This document shows, piece by piece, positions 28,304-39,360 of a stretch of DNA of 57,019 bases. The translations under genes and the position numbers were made by a program. Location of the stretch: positions 4,903-61,921 of the forward strand of contig CAYGRO010000006.1 in NCBI GenBank assembly GCA_964352335.1, given 5' to 3'. The notes beneath the pieces are model-generated. The model was not told the DNA's origin. It ran no database searches and worked only from the letters and a program-made list of their open reading frames with translations. Source of the DNA: an uncultured Gammaproteobacteria bacterium (GTDB lineage: Bacteria > Patescibacteriota > Patescibacteriia > VMEV01 > CAYQCH01). Positions within the stretch are counted from its first letter, which is position 1. Each line of letters begins with the position of its first letter.

Positions 28304-29221
28304 ATGAATCGAGAACAAATCACAAAAAAATTGAAAGAATACGATATTCGTCCTACCAAACAAAAGGGGCAGAATTTTTTAGTGAAAACAAGTTATTTAG
28401 GGAGAATGATTGAAGCGGCAAAATTGAGTACAAAAGAAACGGTTGTAGAAATTGGTCCTGGGCTTGGTGTACTAACTGATCAATTGTCTAAAAATGCCAA
28501 TCAAGTGATTACGATTGAATTAGACAAAAAAATTATTGAATTTTTAAAAGCTGAATTTCTTCCAGAGCATGAAAATGTCACTTTAATTGAAGGAGATGTT
28601 TTATCTAATGCTGTTTTTCATCAATTAGTAGAATTGCTTTATAAGGAGCTTGCACCAAATGCAACTGTCGACCGGAAAGATGAAAGCTATAAAGAAGTTT
28701 TAGATTCTTTAGATCATTCGTATAAGCTCATTGCTAATTTGCCATATCAAATTACTTCAAAAGTTCTTCGGCAATTCTTAGAATCAAAACCTCGGCCCTC
28801 ACAATTAGTTATTATGATGCAAAAAGAGGTGGCAGAGCGTATTTTGGAAAAACCGGGGAGCATGAGTTTGCTGGCTTTATCGGTGCAGGCTTATAGTACT
28901 CCTTCTATTGTCACCACCGTACCAGCAAAAGCGTATTATCCTAAGCCTGCTGTTGATTCAGCTATTTTACATTGTGACCTTACGCAACCAAATGAGGAAT
29001 TTGATGCTTTAGATGAGAAAGAACGAAAGCTCTTTTGGCGATTAGCAAAAGCTGGGTTCTCTTCTAAGAGAAAACAATTACAAAAAAATCTACAAACCGT
29101 TCTTAAACAAGATACGGCTGAAGTTTTAACTTCCATTAATCTAAATCCGCAAATCCGTGCTCAAGAATTGAGTGTTGATGACTGGGTGAGGCTCGTAAAA
29201 GAACTGACTTCTCGTTTATAA
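28304..29221 (+). CDS. rsmA: 16S rRNA m6,2A dimethyltransferase
   Basis: GQNFL, EIGPGLG, NLPYQI, QKEVAER and PKPAVDSA motifs. Confidence 0.95.
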   Translation: MNREQITKKLKEYDIRPTKQKGQNFLVKTSYLGRMIEAAKLSTKETVVEIGPGLGVLTDQLSKNANQVITIELDKKIIEFLKAEFLPEHENVTLIEGDVLSNAVFHQLVELLYKELAPNATVDRKDESYKEVLDSLDHSYKLIANLPYQITSKVLRQFLESKPRPSQLVIMMQKEVAERILEKPGSMSLLALSVQAYSTPSIVTTVPAKAYYPKPAVDSAILHCDLTQPNEEFDALDEKERKLFWRLAKAGFSSKRKQLQKNLQTVLKQDTAEVLTSINLNPQIRAQELSVDDWVRLVKELTSRL

Positions 29222-29317
29222 TTTCTACTTTCTAGCTTCAAGCCTTGCTCAAGATGATAAGCCCTTGTTCCTCAAGGAGCTTTTTTGTTATAATATAATC
29301 ACTTTTGAATCCATTAC

Positions 29318-30079
29318 ATGGAGGAATATCCGTCTCAACAAAATATCGACTCATCAAGCGAGTTGGGAGAAAAACAATCATCTTTTCGGTACCCACTTTC
29401 TGTGGTTATAGGGGTTATTGTACTCTCTCTGCTCTCTTTATTGTTGATGTTTAACCAAGTTTCAAATCGATTAGTCTTGCAAATACCTAATTTTGGCAGT
29501 TCTCAATCTTCTGATATTTCTAAATCAACTCTTTTAGAGCAAGAAGAAGAGCAATTACGTACTCAAGATAGCGATTCAGATGGTTTAACGGATTATCAAG
29601 AGTTAAAAGTCTATGGATCTTCGCCATTTATCTCAGATACTGATTCAGATGGTATTCCAGATGCGGTAGAAGTAGCAAATGGTACGGACCCAAATTGTCC
29701 AGAAGATCAAAATTGTTTTGCTGGCGTAGTAGAGGGATCAACACAAGTAACAACAGCGAACCCACAACAAGAGCAAATCAATCAAATTGCTTCTGATCCT
29801 GATGAAATAAGGAAATTATTAATAGAAAGTGGTATTGATCCTGCAATTGTAAACCAAACAGATGATCAAAGTTTACAAATACTTGCTCAAGAAGTTCTCA
29901 ATAAGTTCAATGATCCAACAGAAAAGATTCAAACATTGATTGATGGATTAAATACAAGTAATGTTCGAGACTTCTTTGTAAGTATCGGGGTGTCTGAAGA
30001 ACAAGTGGCAGAGTTTTCAAATGAAGAATTGTTAGAATTAAGTAAAGCTGTGCTAGAAGAGCAACTCACAACTAATTAG
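29318..30079 (+). CDS. Membrane-anchored protein with thrombospondin type 3-like Ca-binding repeats
   Basis: TM helix, then DSDSDGLTDYQE and DTDSDGIPDAVE. Confidence 0.85.
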   Translation: MEEYPSQQNIDSSSELGEKQSSFRYPLSVVIGVIVLSLLSLLLMFNQVSNRLVLQIPNFGSSQSSDISKSTLLEQEEEQLRTQDSDSDGLTDYQELKVYGSSPFISDTDSDGIPDAVEVANGTDPNCPEDQNCFAGVVEGSTQVTTANPQQEQINQIASDPDEIRKLLIESGIDPAIVNQTDDQSLQILAQEVLNKFNDPTEKIQTLIDGLNTSNVRDFFVSIGVSEEQVAEFSNEELLELSKAVLEEQLTTN

Positions 30080-30091
30080 GTTGAATAAGAT

Positions 30092-33000
30092 ATGAAACTA
30101 AAGAATAAATTTATCAATATTAAACGCTCATTCGTCGCGTTTTTAATGATATTTGCTTTATTGATGCCATCAGCTCCTGCTCAAGCAGCTGGTCTATTGA
30201 CTTTTAGTCCTGTTGAATTAGCACAAGCAATCATCAAATTTGTTAATGATAATTATAAAGATGTTTTAAGAGAGGCTGCTTTAGATGCTGCTGCGGCTTT
30301 TTGGAATAATGGTGTACAAAGATTTGTAAATCAATTAGCTCAAGAAACAGCTGTTTGGGTGGCAAGTGGGGATGAAGGGCAAAAGCCATTGCTGTTTACG
30401 CAAAATTGGGGAGATTATTTAGCAACAGCCGTTGCAGATGCTACTGCCAGCACAGCCATTGCATTTGCAGATGCCGCAGGAGTGGGGGATATTTGTGTAT
30501 CACCACAAGTTGTTTTAGAAATTATTTTGCCACAATTAGATATTAATATTGGGGGGAAGCCTCGATGTAGCTTAGATGACTTAAAAAGCACATGGGATGT
30601 TACCGACCCGGCCTTTTTAGAAAACATTTCCTTAAGTTTTCGAACAAATCAAAATGATTTAGGAATTGCTGTTAATTTTTTAGCCGATTTAAATGCTCAA
30701 CAAGCAAAAGAAAAAGAAGCTGCCGAAAATGAAAGAGATGGCTCTTTCTTTAAATCTGTAAAAGACGGAATTAGTGAATTTACCAAAACTCCTGCCCCAT
30801 TAGTAGAAAAGAAAGTTACAAAAATTGATGAAGATACAACAAAGACAAGCTTAGAATTTACTGGGCGACCAGTTGCTGATGCTATTAGGGTCTTTGCTGG
30901 TACACTTGCAGGGCAATATTTACAAAAACTTAAGTCTGGCTTCTTTTCATTAGCAGATGTCTTTGATGCTTCAGATCCAAGACTTACAGCTTTGCAATCT
31001 ATTAATTCAGATTTAGGAACAGGGACGCCGGGGGGGCTTTCTGCAGATAATCGTTTTGCAAAATTATTAACTCCAGATATTGTTCAAGTCTCTAGTTTTG
31101 ACGCGATTTCCGAATTGTCTCTTTGTCCAACAGAAGTTAAATATGCTGGAATCTATAATTGTGCAATCGATACTTCTTTTGTACAAGCTTTACAAGGTGG
31201 TACAAATGGATATTATACCGTTCAAGAAGCTGTAAATGCTGGCTATTTACATGGTTCATGGTCATTTGGTTACTTAGATCCTACAACGGGAATTGAACCA
31301 AGTTATTTGAATGGATATGCGTATAGCAATATGAAAAAATTGCGACAGTTAAGAATTTTACCTGTCGGCTGGGAAATGGCTGCCGCTCGTGCTCGTGAAT
31401 TAGGTATTCATATTACTTTGCAAGATGTATTAGATGATTATGACGGAACAGATGGAGCAGCTTCACCTTTTTATCGATTAGTGGACCCTCAATGGGTATT
31501 AAAAATTCCAGAAATGAGATGTACGGCCAAAGTTCCGGGCCAATTATTTTTAGTCGGTTCATCAGATCGTTTATCTACATGTGTTGATGTACAAGATTGT
31601 ATTACTTTTGGCGCAGATGGAGCCTGTCTTTCATGGGGGTATTGTACTCATGATAAAAAGACTTGGGATTTTCCAGGAGATCAATGTGATGAAGTTTATG
31701 CAACTTGTGACCAATACTTTGAACAAGGGCAAGGAGCTTCAGATAATTATTGGCTAGGTTCTACATTAACGTATGAAGCTTGTAATGCAGATACGGCTGG
31801 ATGTAGTTGGTATAGTCTGGTAAGAAATAGTGCCAATGAATGGAATCCAGATAATCGAATTTATTTAACTGATAAAAAGAAAGAATGTGATGCGGAAGAT
31901 GCTGGTTGTAGTGAATATATTTCAATGGGGAATGGGTCAAACCTTTTAAGAAATAGTAGTTTTGAAGATGATAGCGGGCATAATTATGAATTAGGATTAG
32001 GTGATCAAATCGAAGACAATTCTATTCCAGACGGTTGGCAAGCCAGACAAGCACTTGTCACGATGACGGATACAGAAACCCAAAATGGAAGCACTTCTGT
32101 ATTACTCTCTGCATTAGCAGGAAGTAATTGTTTACCAGGTCTTCAATATCAAGCACCAATTGGTAGCTATGAAGTTGCACAAAGATATACATTAAGCGGA
32201 ATGATTCGGACAGATGTAGCAAATGGCCGTGATTTCCAATTAGCTTTTGAAAATCTTCGTTTCACTATTGAAGATGTTAGTGATGGATGGAAAGCATTTG
32301 CCTTCTCTTTCATTATGCCAGCAACACAAAGTTCTTATACCCTCGTCTTAGGGGCGAATGCTGGAAATTGTGCGGATCTAAATATCAATGGAAAAGTATT
32401 CTATGATTCACTTCAATTAGAGCGCGGTGAATTTTCTACAAATTATAAAGAATATGGATCTATTAATAAAGTGTATTTGCAAAATGCACCTGCTTGTACT
32501 TTTGAAGAAGTAGGGTGTCAGGTTTATGAGCCATCGAATTCATCAACTGGAAGTACGGTTACAGGTGTTGTTACTGGGGCAGACCTTTGTCCTGCTGAAT
32601 GTAATGAATACTTTAGTTATGAGCAAAAAGAAACAGATTTAGAACCAACAAGGTTTTCAAACTTCATTTCTTCTAGTATCAATAGTTGTCGAGCAGAAGA
32701 AGTTGGATGTGAACAATTCACAAATTTAGACTCCGTTTCACAAGGTGGGGAAGGTATTGAATATTATTCACAAATTCGACATTGTGAAAAACCACAAGCC
32801 TCTTGTAGAACATTCTTTGCCTGGGAGGGGTCAGATGTAACAGGGTTTCAATTAGTTAACTATAGTTTTTCTACAGATAATGGTGTGCCTCGAACAACAG
32901 ATGGAAGCGATAGCTGTGACCCAGAAGATCCAAATTGTAGTGAATTAATTGGAGAAGATGGTACTCGCTATTTTAGAGATTTAACAAAAACAATTACCTG

Positions 33001-36000
33001 TTCTGAAAATTGTACTCCATTACGTGCCCAACCAGGACTTGTTACTCAACAGGAATGTGAAAGTAAATTAGGAACTTTTGATACAGTAACAAATCGATGT
33101 GTCTTCAATGCTATTACAGAAGAAAGCACGGTTTGTCGTGAACAAGTTGTTGGGTGTAGAGAATACGTTGGAAATACTGGTTATAATGTAAAAAATGTTT
33201 ACTCAGATGATTTTGAAGGTGCTTCATTACAAGGGTGGGCTGGGGCAACACTGAGTACCGAGTCAACAGAAGTTGGTGGGCATTCATTAAAAATTGGAAA
33301 TACAAATAATTCTATTGCAGAAACAGTATTTGTAGAATTAGATGAGTATGAGCCAGGAAAAAACTATACGATATCATTCATGGCAAAAAGCTCGGTGAGT
33401 GATTTCTTAAATGTCAGTGTCTATTTTGGAGATTTCTTCAATGAAGAAACCAGAGCTGGTGGGATTGTGACAAGAAATAGAAATTGGAATGAATATACTG
33501 TTGGTCCAATTCAATTATCTGATGACCCTGTTTTACCAGCTCTTGGTATTGATGTTCGAGGTGCGACCAATGCAAATCAAGTTGTAAGCTTATTTGTAGA
33601 CAATATCGTTATCAAAGAAATCAATACAAGTGTTTATGGTGTAAAAGATTCTTGGGAAACGCCTGCATCTTGCGATACAAATCCTCCTCTATCTAATGGT
33701 ACCGCCAGTAGATCTATGGTTGGTTGTCAAGAATATCGAATTCAAGATAATGCAGTAGAACAGCCAATTTATCTAAAATCTTTTTCTCGTTTATGTTCAG
33801 ATGACAAAGTAGGGTGTGAAGCATTAATCGATACAAAAAACTCATCAGCTCCTTATAGAGAAATATTTCAAGAAGGAAATGAAGCTGAGTTTGTAGTGCC
33901 TGCAGACGATGTGACTTACTTAGTAAATGCAGATGAATATAAATGTAATCTTTCTGCTAAAGGATGTATGGAAGTAGGTCTTCCAACCTTTGACCAAGAA
34001 CAAAATATCCTTGGATTTGAATCTAGATTTATTGTAAATAACCCAGATTTGTATGACACCATTATGTGTCCAGGAGAAGCAATAAGTTGTAAAGCCTATC
34101 GAGTAAGCAATGGAACAACTGTTTATGCCAAAAACCCTGGTTTACAGCAATGTGAATACAGACAAGTTCCAAATTCATTTCCACCAAGATTTGCGTGGTT
34201 TAAACAAGGTCAAACAGAAGAAAACCCTACGGATTGTTTAAATGCAGAAGAAAATTCATTTGTGCAAAGATGTAATTCTCAACAAGTTTCTTGTACTGAA
34301 TATTACGAACCAATAACAGACGAAGCATTTTACTATAAGAAAAATTCATTAAGCAATAGCATTGCTAGTTGTAATGGTGTTGTTGATTGGGCCAAAGGCT
34401 GTGTGCTATTCAATGATTTAAGTGACCGAGATTTAACATTTAAATCTGGTGAAGAAGTTGATTTTGTAGGATCTCCCGATGCCTGCCAAACGAATGATTT
34501 AGGTTGTAATACAAATACATTATTACGAGTTTCATTAAACCGAGAATGTAGTCAGTGGTTGGCTGGAAATAGTTTAAGTAGATTTTGGAATGAAGACTTA
34601 CAATCATTTAGAACAACATCCTATGGATTAGGAAGATGTTTGACTTATGATTCTAATAATCCACAACTTTGTCTAGAGTGGGATAATGAAACTGATAAAG
34701 AAATATTAACAATTGCCAATTATCAATCACGAGAAATTGGTTGGGCTTCAGATCAAGAAACGGGTTATTCAATCCCAGGTTTATATCCGGTAGAAATATT
34801 TAGACAAAGAAGTGTTGGATTTGATGAATATGGTGATCCTAAAAACTTTAGACTTACAAAAATTTCAAATCCAGGCTCATCTTGTAATAATACAAGTGAT
34901 TGTGCCTTGGGTCAGGTTTGTCGACTAGATTTAGATACAACCACTGGTACGTATCAAGGAAGTTGTTATGTAGAAGAAGGGTTAGATGGGAGTGGAAAAA
35001 TTGAAGCTGCTTCTTGTCGAGCATATCCAGAAGTCGCCTCTCCATTTCCAAGTTCTTTAGCAACATTTGCTCCATTAGATGACAAAAAGAATCCAGGACA
35101 AATTATCTCTAAACAGCAACAATATACAAATGCCAATATTGGGCAATTAAATGAAAACGTTGAATGTTCTTATCATAAAGTTCGTTATCAAGGGACAGAG
35201 GTTTACTATGGACTAGATACTATTCCTCAATCATCAATAATTTCAGATGGTGCAAAAGCAGATTTTTCAAGCAAAAATACGTTTATTGGGTGGGAAGGAT
35301 ACTGTTTAGAAAGAGATACTTCTCGTATTATCAATGGATCTGATGATCAATTTGCTTGTTTAACTTGGTATCCTGTTGATCTTATTCAAGGAAGTTACGA
35401 TATTAATAATAGCGACGAGAATGCCGGTTACCAAGTAGCGCAAGATGCTCAATATTATTGCGCAGAAGCAATTTTGGCTGAATATAGAACTACTTGGCAA
35501 TTCTGTTCTCGAGCAACATGTGGAAGTGGATACGATACAACACGTGCTGGAAGTTGTTCTGGTCATTCACATAATAGACGCGAATGTAATCCACTTGGTG
35601 GTGATGGTTGGTACCCATATGATGGTGATATCAAAGGAAATGAAGAGCTTGGAATTATGTGTAGTAAAATTGCTAGAATTTCTGATGCAAGAGGAAGAAC
35701 CGCTGCTTGGACAACAAGAATTCTTGGTGATATTTTACCGGGATCTCAAGAATATTTTGTGAAAGATCTTGGTTGGGGGTATGACCAAATCAATAAACCT
35801 TATGGTTCTGCTCGGCCAATCGTTACTCGACTAGAAGACCTGACACAACCGCTTGTTGTTTTAGATCCGCATACATTTGTAGATGATTGTGAAGTCTGTA
35901 AAATCGAAGAATATCCACTTTCAGGTTATGCAAATACACAAAAATCTCCTAAACCATTTGGTATTTGTGAAGATGAAGAACCAAGTAAAAATGGTAAACC

Positions 36001-37393
36001 TTGTCCGTATCGTCCAAATGCAGGTTCTCCCTTTGCTTTATTAAGTGAAGTAGATCCACAATTAATCAATGACGAAAATGTACCAATTCGAAGAGGGAAT
36101 AAACTCCCTTCAGATGAACCTCAACCATATCCAGGGTCAGAAGATTATACAAAAGGGTTTGATCGACTACAGTTATTATTTGCAAAATCTTATGGCGTTT
36201 GGGAGTGGCAGTCATTACCAAGTATTTGTGTAGGTCAATGTTCTGGCGGGGTTAGTGATGGTGAATATTGTGCTTCAGACTCTGTCTGTGGTCAACCAGA
36301 AGATGATTTAAGCTATACATGTGCACCAAATGTTTGTTCCGATGGTTATAGAAATGGGTTATCTTGTGTCGATAATTCAGATTGTATGTATGCAAGCACT
36401 GGGACAATACATCAATGTGTACAAGACCAAAGTCCAGCTGGTGGCAATAATTTCGTCTGTGAAAGTGGTCCATATATTGGAGAAAATTGTACTAGTTTAT
36501 CTGATTGTTCTGAGGCGAGTGCAAATGGAATTTGTGGAACGACAACAAATCACTGCCAAGCAACTGATGCAGATGGCAATATCATGGTTGGAGATAATTC
36601 AGGGAAACAGTGTAACTCTTCTTCAGAATGTAATTCTGCAGGTAGTTGTACCGTTCAATCTTGTTCTACTGACCCTGCCGGAACAAATTCAGGATTATGT
36701 TCAGAGAAAAAAGCAGGTGAAAGTTGTGGTGCTAATTCAACAGTGAATCAATATACTCGTATCCCATTTGGTCAACCAGCCTTTGGGTGGGATCTTGTTT
36801 CTTCAAATCCACAAGAAAGTGTTCCTCCAACAATCAGGCCTGTTGTATCTAGTACATCAAGTCCTTCTGGATTTGCAGAAGGGTTTGCGCCTGACATTAC
36901 GGTAACTGGCGCTATCACAGGATTAGATGGCCGTGCTCCAGTCGGGGTGCAATTCTATGCCTATAATGACAATGGAGAACAAATGCCATTAAGACTCATT
37001 CTTGTTGATTGGGGAGATGGTACAGATGCAACAGAGTCTCGTGGGTCATTTAAAAACCACAAGAATAGTTGTAGAAATTTCTGTAGCAATGCGGTAGGAA
37101 GAGCTTGTTCACTTGATGAAGATTGTCAGGATCAAAGTAATCCTGATGCTCAATGTTTACCATTTAATTTTGGTGACACCTCAGAAGCCTGTATTGATGA
37201 TTCAGAAGGGGCTAATGGATTCTTCGCCTTTAATCATACCTATACATATGACGCATCTTGTCCAGTAAAAACAGCTGGTGGAGCTTGTGTCTTCAAACCA
37301 AGTGTCTTAGTTAAAGATAATTGGGGGGCTACATCAACCGTCAGTTATAGTGGGCAAATTACCGTTGCACCACCAAATCAGCCAACTCCATAA
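30092..37393 (+). CDS. Giant secreted cysteine-rich surface protein (2433 aa) with two CBM-like domains and a C-terminal PKD-like module
   Basis: Signal peptide ending AQAA. Recurring C-x4-VGC and C-x3-SDC units, NLLRNSSFED and DDFEG..GW beta-sandwich starts, and VDWGDG / VKDNWG. Confidence 0.85.
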   Translation: MKLKNKFINIKRSFVAFLMIFALLMPSAPAQAAGLLTFSPVELAQAIIKFVNDNYKDVLREAALDAAAAFWNNGVQRFVNQLAQETAVWVASGDEGQKPLLFTQNWGDYLATAVADATASTAIAFADAAGVGDICVSPQVVLEIILPQLDINIGGKPRCSLDDLKSTWDVTDPAFLENISLSFRTNQNDLGIAVNFLADLNAQQAKEKEAAENERDGSFFKSVKDGISEFTKTPAPLVEKKVTKIDEDTTKTSLEFTGRPVADAIRVFAGTLAGQYLQKLKSGFFSLADVFDASDPRLTALQSINSDLGTGTPGGLSADNRFAKLLTPDIVQVSSFDAISELSLCPTEVKYAGIYNCAIDTSFVQALQGGTNGYYTVQEAVNAGYLHGSWSFGYLDPTTGIEPSYLNGYAYSNMKKLRQLRILPVGWEMAAARARELGIHITLQDVLDDYDGTDGAASPFYRLVDPQWVLKIPEMRCTAKVPGQLFLVGSSDRLSTCVDVQDCITFGADGACLSWGYCTHDKKTWDFPGDQCDEVYATCDQYFEQGQGASDNYWLGSTLTYEACNADTAGCSWYSLVRNSANEWNPDNRIYLTDKKKECDAEDAGCSEYISMGNGSNLLRNSSFEDDSGHNYELGLGDQIEDNSIPDGWQARQALVTMTDTETQNGSTSVLLSALAGSNCLPGLQYQAPIGSYEVAQRYTLSGMIRTDVANGRDFQLAFENLRFTIEDVSDGWKAFAFSFIMPATQSSYTLVLGANAGNCADLNINGKVFYDSLQLERGEFSTNYKEYGSINKVYLQNAPACTFEEVGCQVYEPSNSSTGSTVTGVVTGADLCPAECNEYFSYEQKETDLEPTRFSNFISSSINSCRAEEVGCEQFTNLDSVSQGGEGIEYYSQIRHCEKPQASCRTFFAWEGSDVTGFQLVNYSFSTDNGVPRTTDGSDSCDPEDPNCSELIGEDGTRYFRDLTKTITCSENCTPLRAQPGLVTQQECESKLGTFDTVTNRCVFNAITEESTVCREQVVGCREYVGNTGYNVKNVYSDDFEGASLQGWAGATLSTESTEVGGHSLKIGNTNNSIAETVFVELDEYEPGKNYTISFMAKSSVSDFLNVSVYFGDFFNEETRAGGIVTRNRNWNEYTVGPIQLSDDPVLPALGIDVRGATNANQVVSLFVDNIVIKEINTSVYGVKDSWETPASCDTNPPLSNGTASRSMVGCQEYRIQDNAVEQPIYLKSFSRLCSDDKVGCEALIDTKNSSAPYREIFQEGNEAEFVVPADDVTYLVNADEYKCNLSAKGCMEVGLPTFDQEQNILGFESRFIVNNPDLYDTIMCPGEAISCKAYRVSNGTTVYAKNPGLQQCEYRQVPNSFPPRFAWFKQGQTEENPTDCLNAEENSFVQRCNSQQVSCTEYYEPITDEAFYYKKNSLSNSIASCNGVVDWAKGCVLFNDLSDRDLTFKSGEEVDFVGSPDACQTNDLGCNTNTLLRVSLNRECSQWLAGNSLSRFWNEDLQSFRTTSYGLGRCLTYDSNNPQLCLEWDNETDKEILTIANYQSREIGWASDQETGYSIPGLYPVEIFRQRSVGFDEYGDPKNFRLTKISNPGSSCNNTSDCALGQVCRLDLDTTTGTYQGSCYVEEGLDGSGKIEAASCRAYPEVASPFPSSLATFAPLDDKKNPGQIISKQQQYTNANIGQLNENVECSYHKVRYQGTEVYYGLDTIPQSSIISDGAKADFSSKNTFIGWEGYCLERDTSRIINGSDDQFACLTWYPVDLIQGSYDINNSDENAGYQVAQDAQYYCAEAILAEYRTTWQFCSRATCGSGYDTTRAGSCSGHSHNRRECNPLGGDGWYPYDGDIKGNEELGIMCSKIARISDARGRTAAWTTRILGDILPGSQEYFVKDLGWGYDQINKPYGSARPIVTRLEDLTQPLVVLDPHTFVDDCEVCKIEEYPLSGYANTQKSPKPFGICEDEEPSKNGKPCPYRPNAGSPFALLSEVDPQLINDENVPIRRGNKLPSDEPQPYPGSEDYTKGFDRLQLLFAKSYGVWEWQSLPSICVGQCSGGVSDGEYCASDSVCGQPEDDLSYTCAPNVCSDGYRNGLSCVDNSDCMYASTGTIHQCVQDQSPAGGNNFVCESGPYIGENCTSLSDCSEASANGICGTTTNHCQATDADGNIMVGDNSGKQCNSSSECNSAGSCTVQSCSTDPAGTNSGLCSEKKAGESCGANSTVNQYTRIPFGQPAFGWDLVSSNPQESVPPTIRPVVSSTSSPSGFAEGFAPDITVTGAITGLDGRAPVGVQFYAYNDNGEQMPLRLILVDWGDGTDATESRGSFKNHKNSCRNFCSNAVGRACSLDEDCQDQSNPDAQCLPFNFGDTSEACIDDSEGANGFFAFNHTYTYDASCPVKTAGGACVFKPSVLVKDNWGATSTVSYSGQITVAPPNQPTP

Positions 37394-37497
37394 TTGACGA
37401 AATCAAATAAAAAAATTATAGTATGGACGTGCCCTAATAGGCACGTCTTTTCTTTAGTCAGTTGTCAGCAGTTTGTTGTCAATTGTCCTATACACCT

Positions 37498-37583
37498 GCC
37501 GAGGTGGCGGAATGGTAGACGCGCGTGGCTTAGGACCACGTGGGGTTATACCCGTGAAGGTTCAAGTCCTTTCCTCGGTACCA
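37498..37583 (+). tRNA. tRNA-Leu (anticodon TAG)
   Basis: GCCGAGG/CCTCGGT acceptor stem, CGTGG-CTTAGGA-CCACG anticodon arm, long variable arm, GTTCAAGTC T loop, encoded CCA. Confidence 0.97.
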
Positions 37584-37620
37584 CGTAAAAATCGCACTCA
37601 ATGAGTGCGATTTTTACGTG
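37582..37620 (+). terminator. Perfect hairpin after the tRNA
   Basis: CACGTAAAAATCGCACTC-AAT-GAGTGCGATTTTTACGTG. Confidence 0.6.
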
Positions 37621-37780
37621 AGGCGCGTGGACGACCTTCCTTCGCTTATGCTACGGCAAGCAAGCGTGAGAAGTCTTATACGCGCCCCTCCCTCAAACCC
37701 GTGCGATTCACGTGGCACGCCAGACCAACAATGCATTTTGCATTGTTTTTTTGATATACTACTTTTATAATAGATAACAC

Positions 37781-37847
37781 CTGACAATTGACCACTAACT
37801 TTTTTGACCAGTCAAATGTCAAACGTCAAAGGTCACAGGTCAAATGT
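37781..37847. repeat. Heptamer-periodic TGAC/GTCA inverted repeat
   Basis: CTGACAA TTGACCA...TTGACCA then GTCAAAT GTCAAAC GTCAAAG GTCACAG GTCAAAT; related units at 37455-37487. Confidence 0.7.
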
Positions 37848-37854
37848 ATTTTCT

Positions 37855-38817
37855 ATGGATAACCAGACACAAAAAACCATTTTAGTAAGTCTTATCGTGG
37901 CACTTATTACAACCGTTCCATTTGCTATTCTTATTTCCTATTTAACAATAACGTATTTGAACCCAGCTATTTCAGAAACAGTAGCGACCTCATCTGTCTC
38001 TGATGTTTTAAAACAAGTAGATCAATCAACTAATGTACCTCTTGGTTCAACAAATCAGCCGTCAGAAACTAGTGCAGAAATGAGTATTGCAAATGAAGTT
38101 TTACAGCCAAACCAACAAACAGCTCAAACGGAAGCTGGTCGTTTAGCAATTGCCAGAACTATTTTTACAACAGATAAGGCAATCTATACTCTAAATTCAT
38201 CGTTTATACAAAAAAACGGAAAGCCGTATAATCAACAATCCATTGAACGGTCTGACCTTCCTACTGGCGAGAAGAAAATTTGGATTGAAGATCTTAAATC
38301 TTTGGATGGAACAGGAAGTATACAATCAGGACAAGAATTCATTATTTTTTCTAATCCTAAACAAGGAACAAATCTCTATTTAGAAGTTATTGGCGGAGGT
38401 GGAACAGAGTTAATAGGAATGGATCTGTATAAACTTTCTCTCGCAGATAAAAGCTTAAAAAGGTTACTTGTAAGCTCGGTAGTAACTAATAGATTTGGAC
38501 AATATGCAATTTCTCCAAATGGTTTACAGGTATTATTTCCACCACTTGGTGAACAAAAGGGATTAGACCAAGATATAATGTTAGTAAATCTAGATCAAGA
38601 TACCTCTACAAGACTCTTTTCCTTAACTGGTAATGAAACATTTAATGCTGGTGATTATGGTCTTTCTGCCCATACCAATATCCGCTGGGTAGATAATGAA
38701 AACTTTGTCTATGCCGTTTATGATCAATCACTTAAACCAGCAAATCCTGATAATTCATCAGAAGGAATTGCAAAAGTTTTTCTTGAAGAGCGTTCTTATT
38801 CACTCAACGTAAAATAA
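37855..38817 (+). CDS. Membrane-anchored hypothetical protein, possibly a beta-propeller ectodomain
   Basis: N-terminal TM helix, S/T/Q linker, ISPNG and WVDNE blade-like motifs. ATG at 37855 preferred. Confidence 0.75.
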   Translation: MDNQTQKTILVSLIVALITTVPFAILISYLTITYLNPAISETVATSSVSDVLKQVDQSTNVPLGSTNQPSETSAEMSIANEVLQPNQQTAQTEAGRLAIARTIFTTDKAIYTLNSSFIQKNGKPYNQQSIERSDLPTGEKKIWIEDLKSLDGTGSIQSGQEFIIFSNPKQGTNLYLEVIGGGGTELIGMDLYKLSLADKSLKRLLVSSVVTNRFGQYAISPNGLQVLFPPLGEQKGLDQDIMLVNLDQDTSTRLFSLTGNETFNAGDYGLSAHTNIRWVDNENFVYAVYDQSLKPANPDNSSEGIAKVFLEERSYSLNVK

Positions 38818-38991
38818 GTTTCAGTGCTCACTAATTTTGCTATTCCAAAATCAATAACAACTAAAATACTGAGTCACTGAAATTCTGAACCTAACTTCTC
38901 CACAATGAAACAATTGACTCATTCGCTCATTGCGTAATACTTCTTAAACCTCATCTAAGCGAGGTCTGACAGACAAAAGGGGAATGCGTTC

Positions 38992-39360
38992 GTGTCACCG
39001 CGTAAGGTGCGTGAAAAACGGATACAAGGTGAAGGCTTGTTATATGTAGCAGTCGGAAATCCAAAATCAGGAGATATTGCCGCCGGGCTTTTTGGGCCAC
39101 AAGGCGGTTTTGTTTTCTGTCCGTTTGCGGGAAAGAACAATCCGGTTGCAAAGTGGGCTCAGAAACGAGCAAAGGGAAGGAAAGTGCCACTTCGGCAATT
39201 ACCTCCTGATAACCACAAGCACTGGGCTCGTCGTGAGTTGTTCGCTAGATTCCCCCAAGCTGCGGAAACCATCCGAATGCTGGCAGAAAAGAAGCTGGAG
39301 TTAGATCCAACGAATCCATGGCTGCAAAGCTTTCTGGGTTCAGAAGGAGAAAACAACTAG
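38992..39360 (+). CDS. Orphan basic hypothetical protein
   Basis: AAGGGG SD before GTG; GC-richer than neighbours; hairpin GAGGGGAG..CTCCCCTC downstream. Confidence 0.65.
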   Translation: MSPRKVREKRIQGEGLLYVAVGNPKSGDIAAGLFGPQGGFVFCPFAGKNNPVAKWAQKRAKGRKVPLRQLPPDNHKHWARRELFARFPQAAETIRMLAEKKLELDPTNPWLQSFLGSEGENN

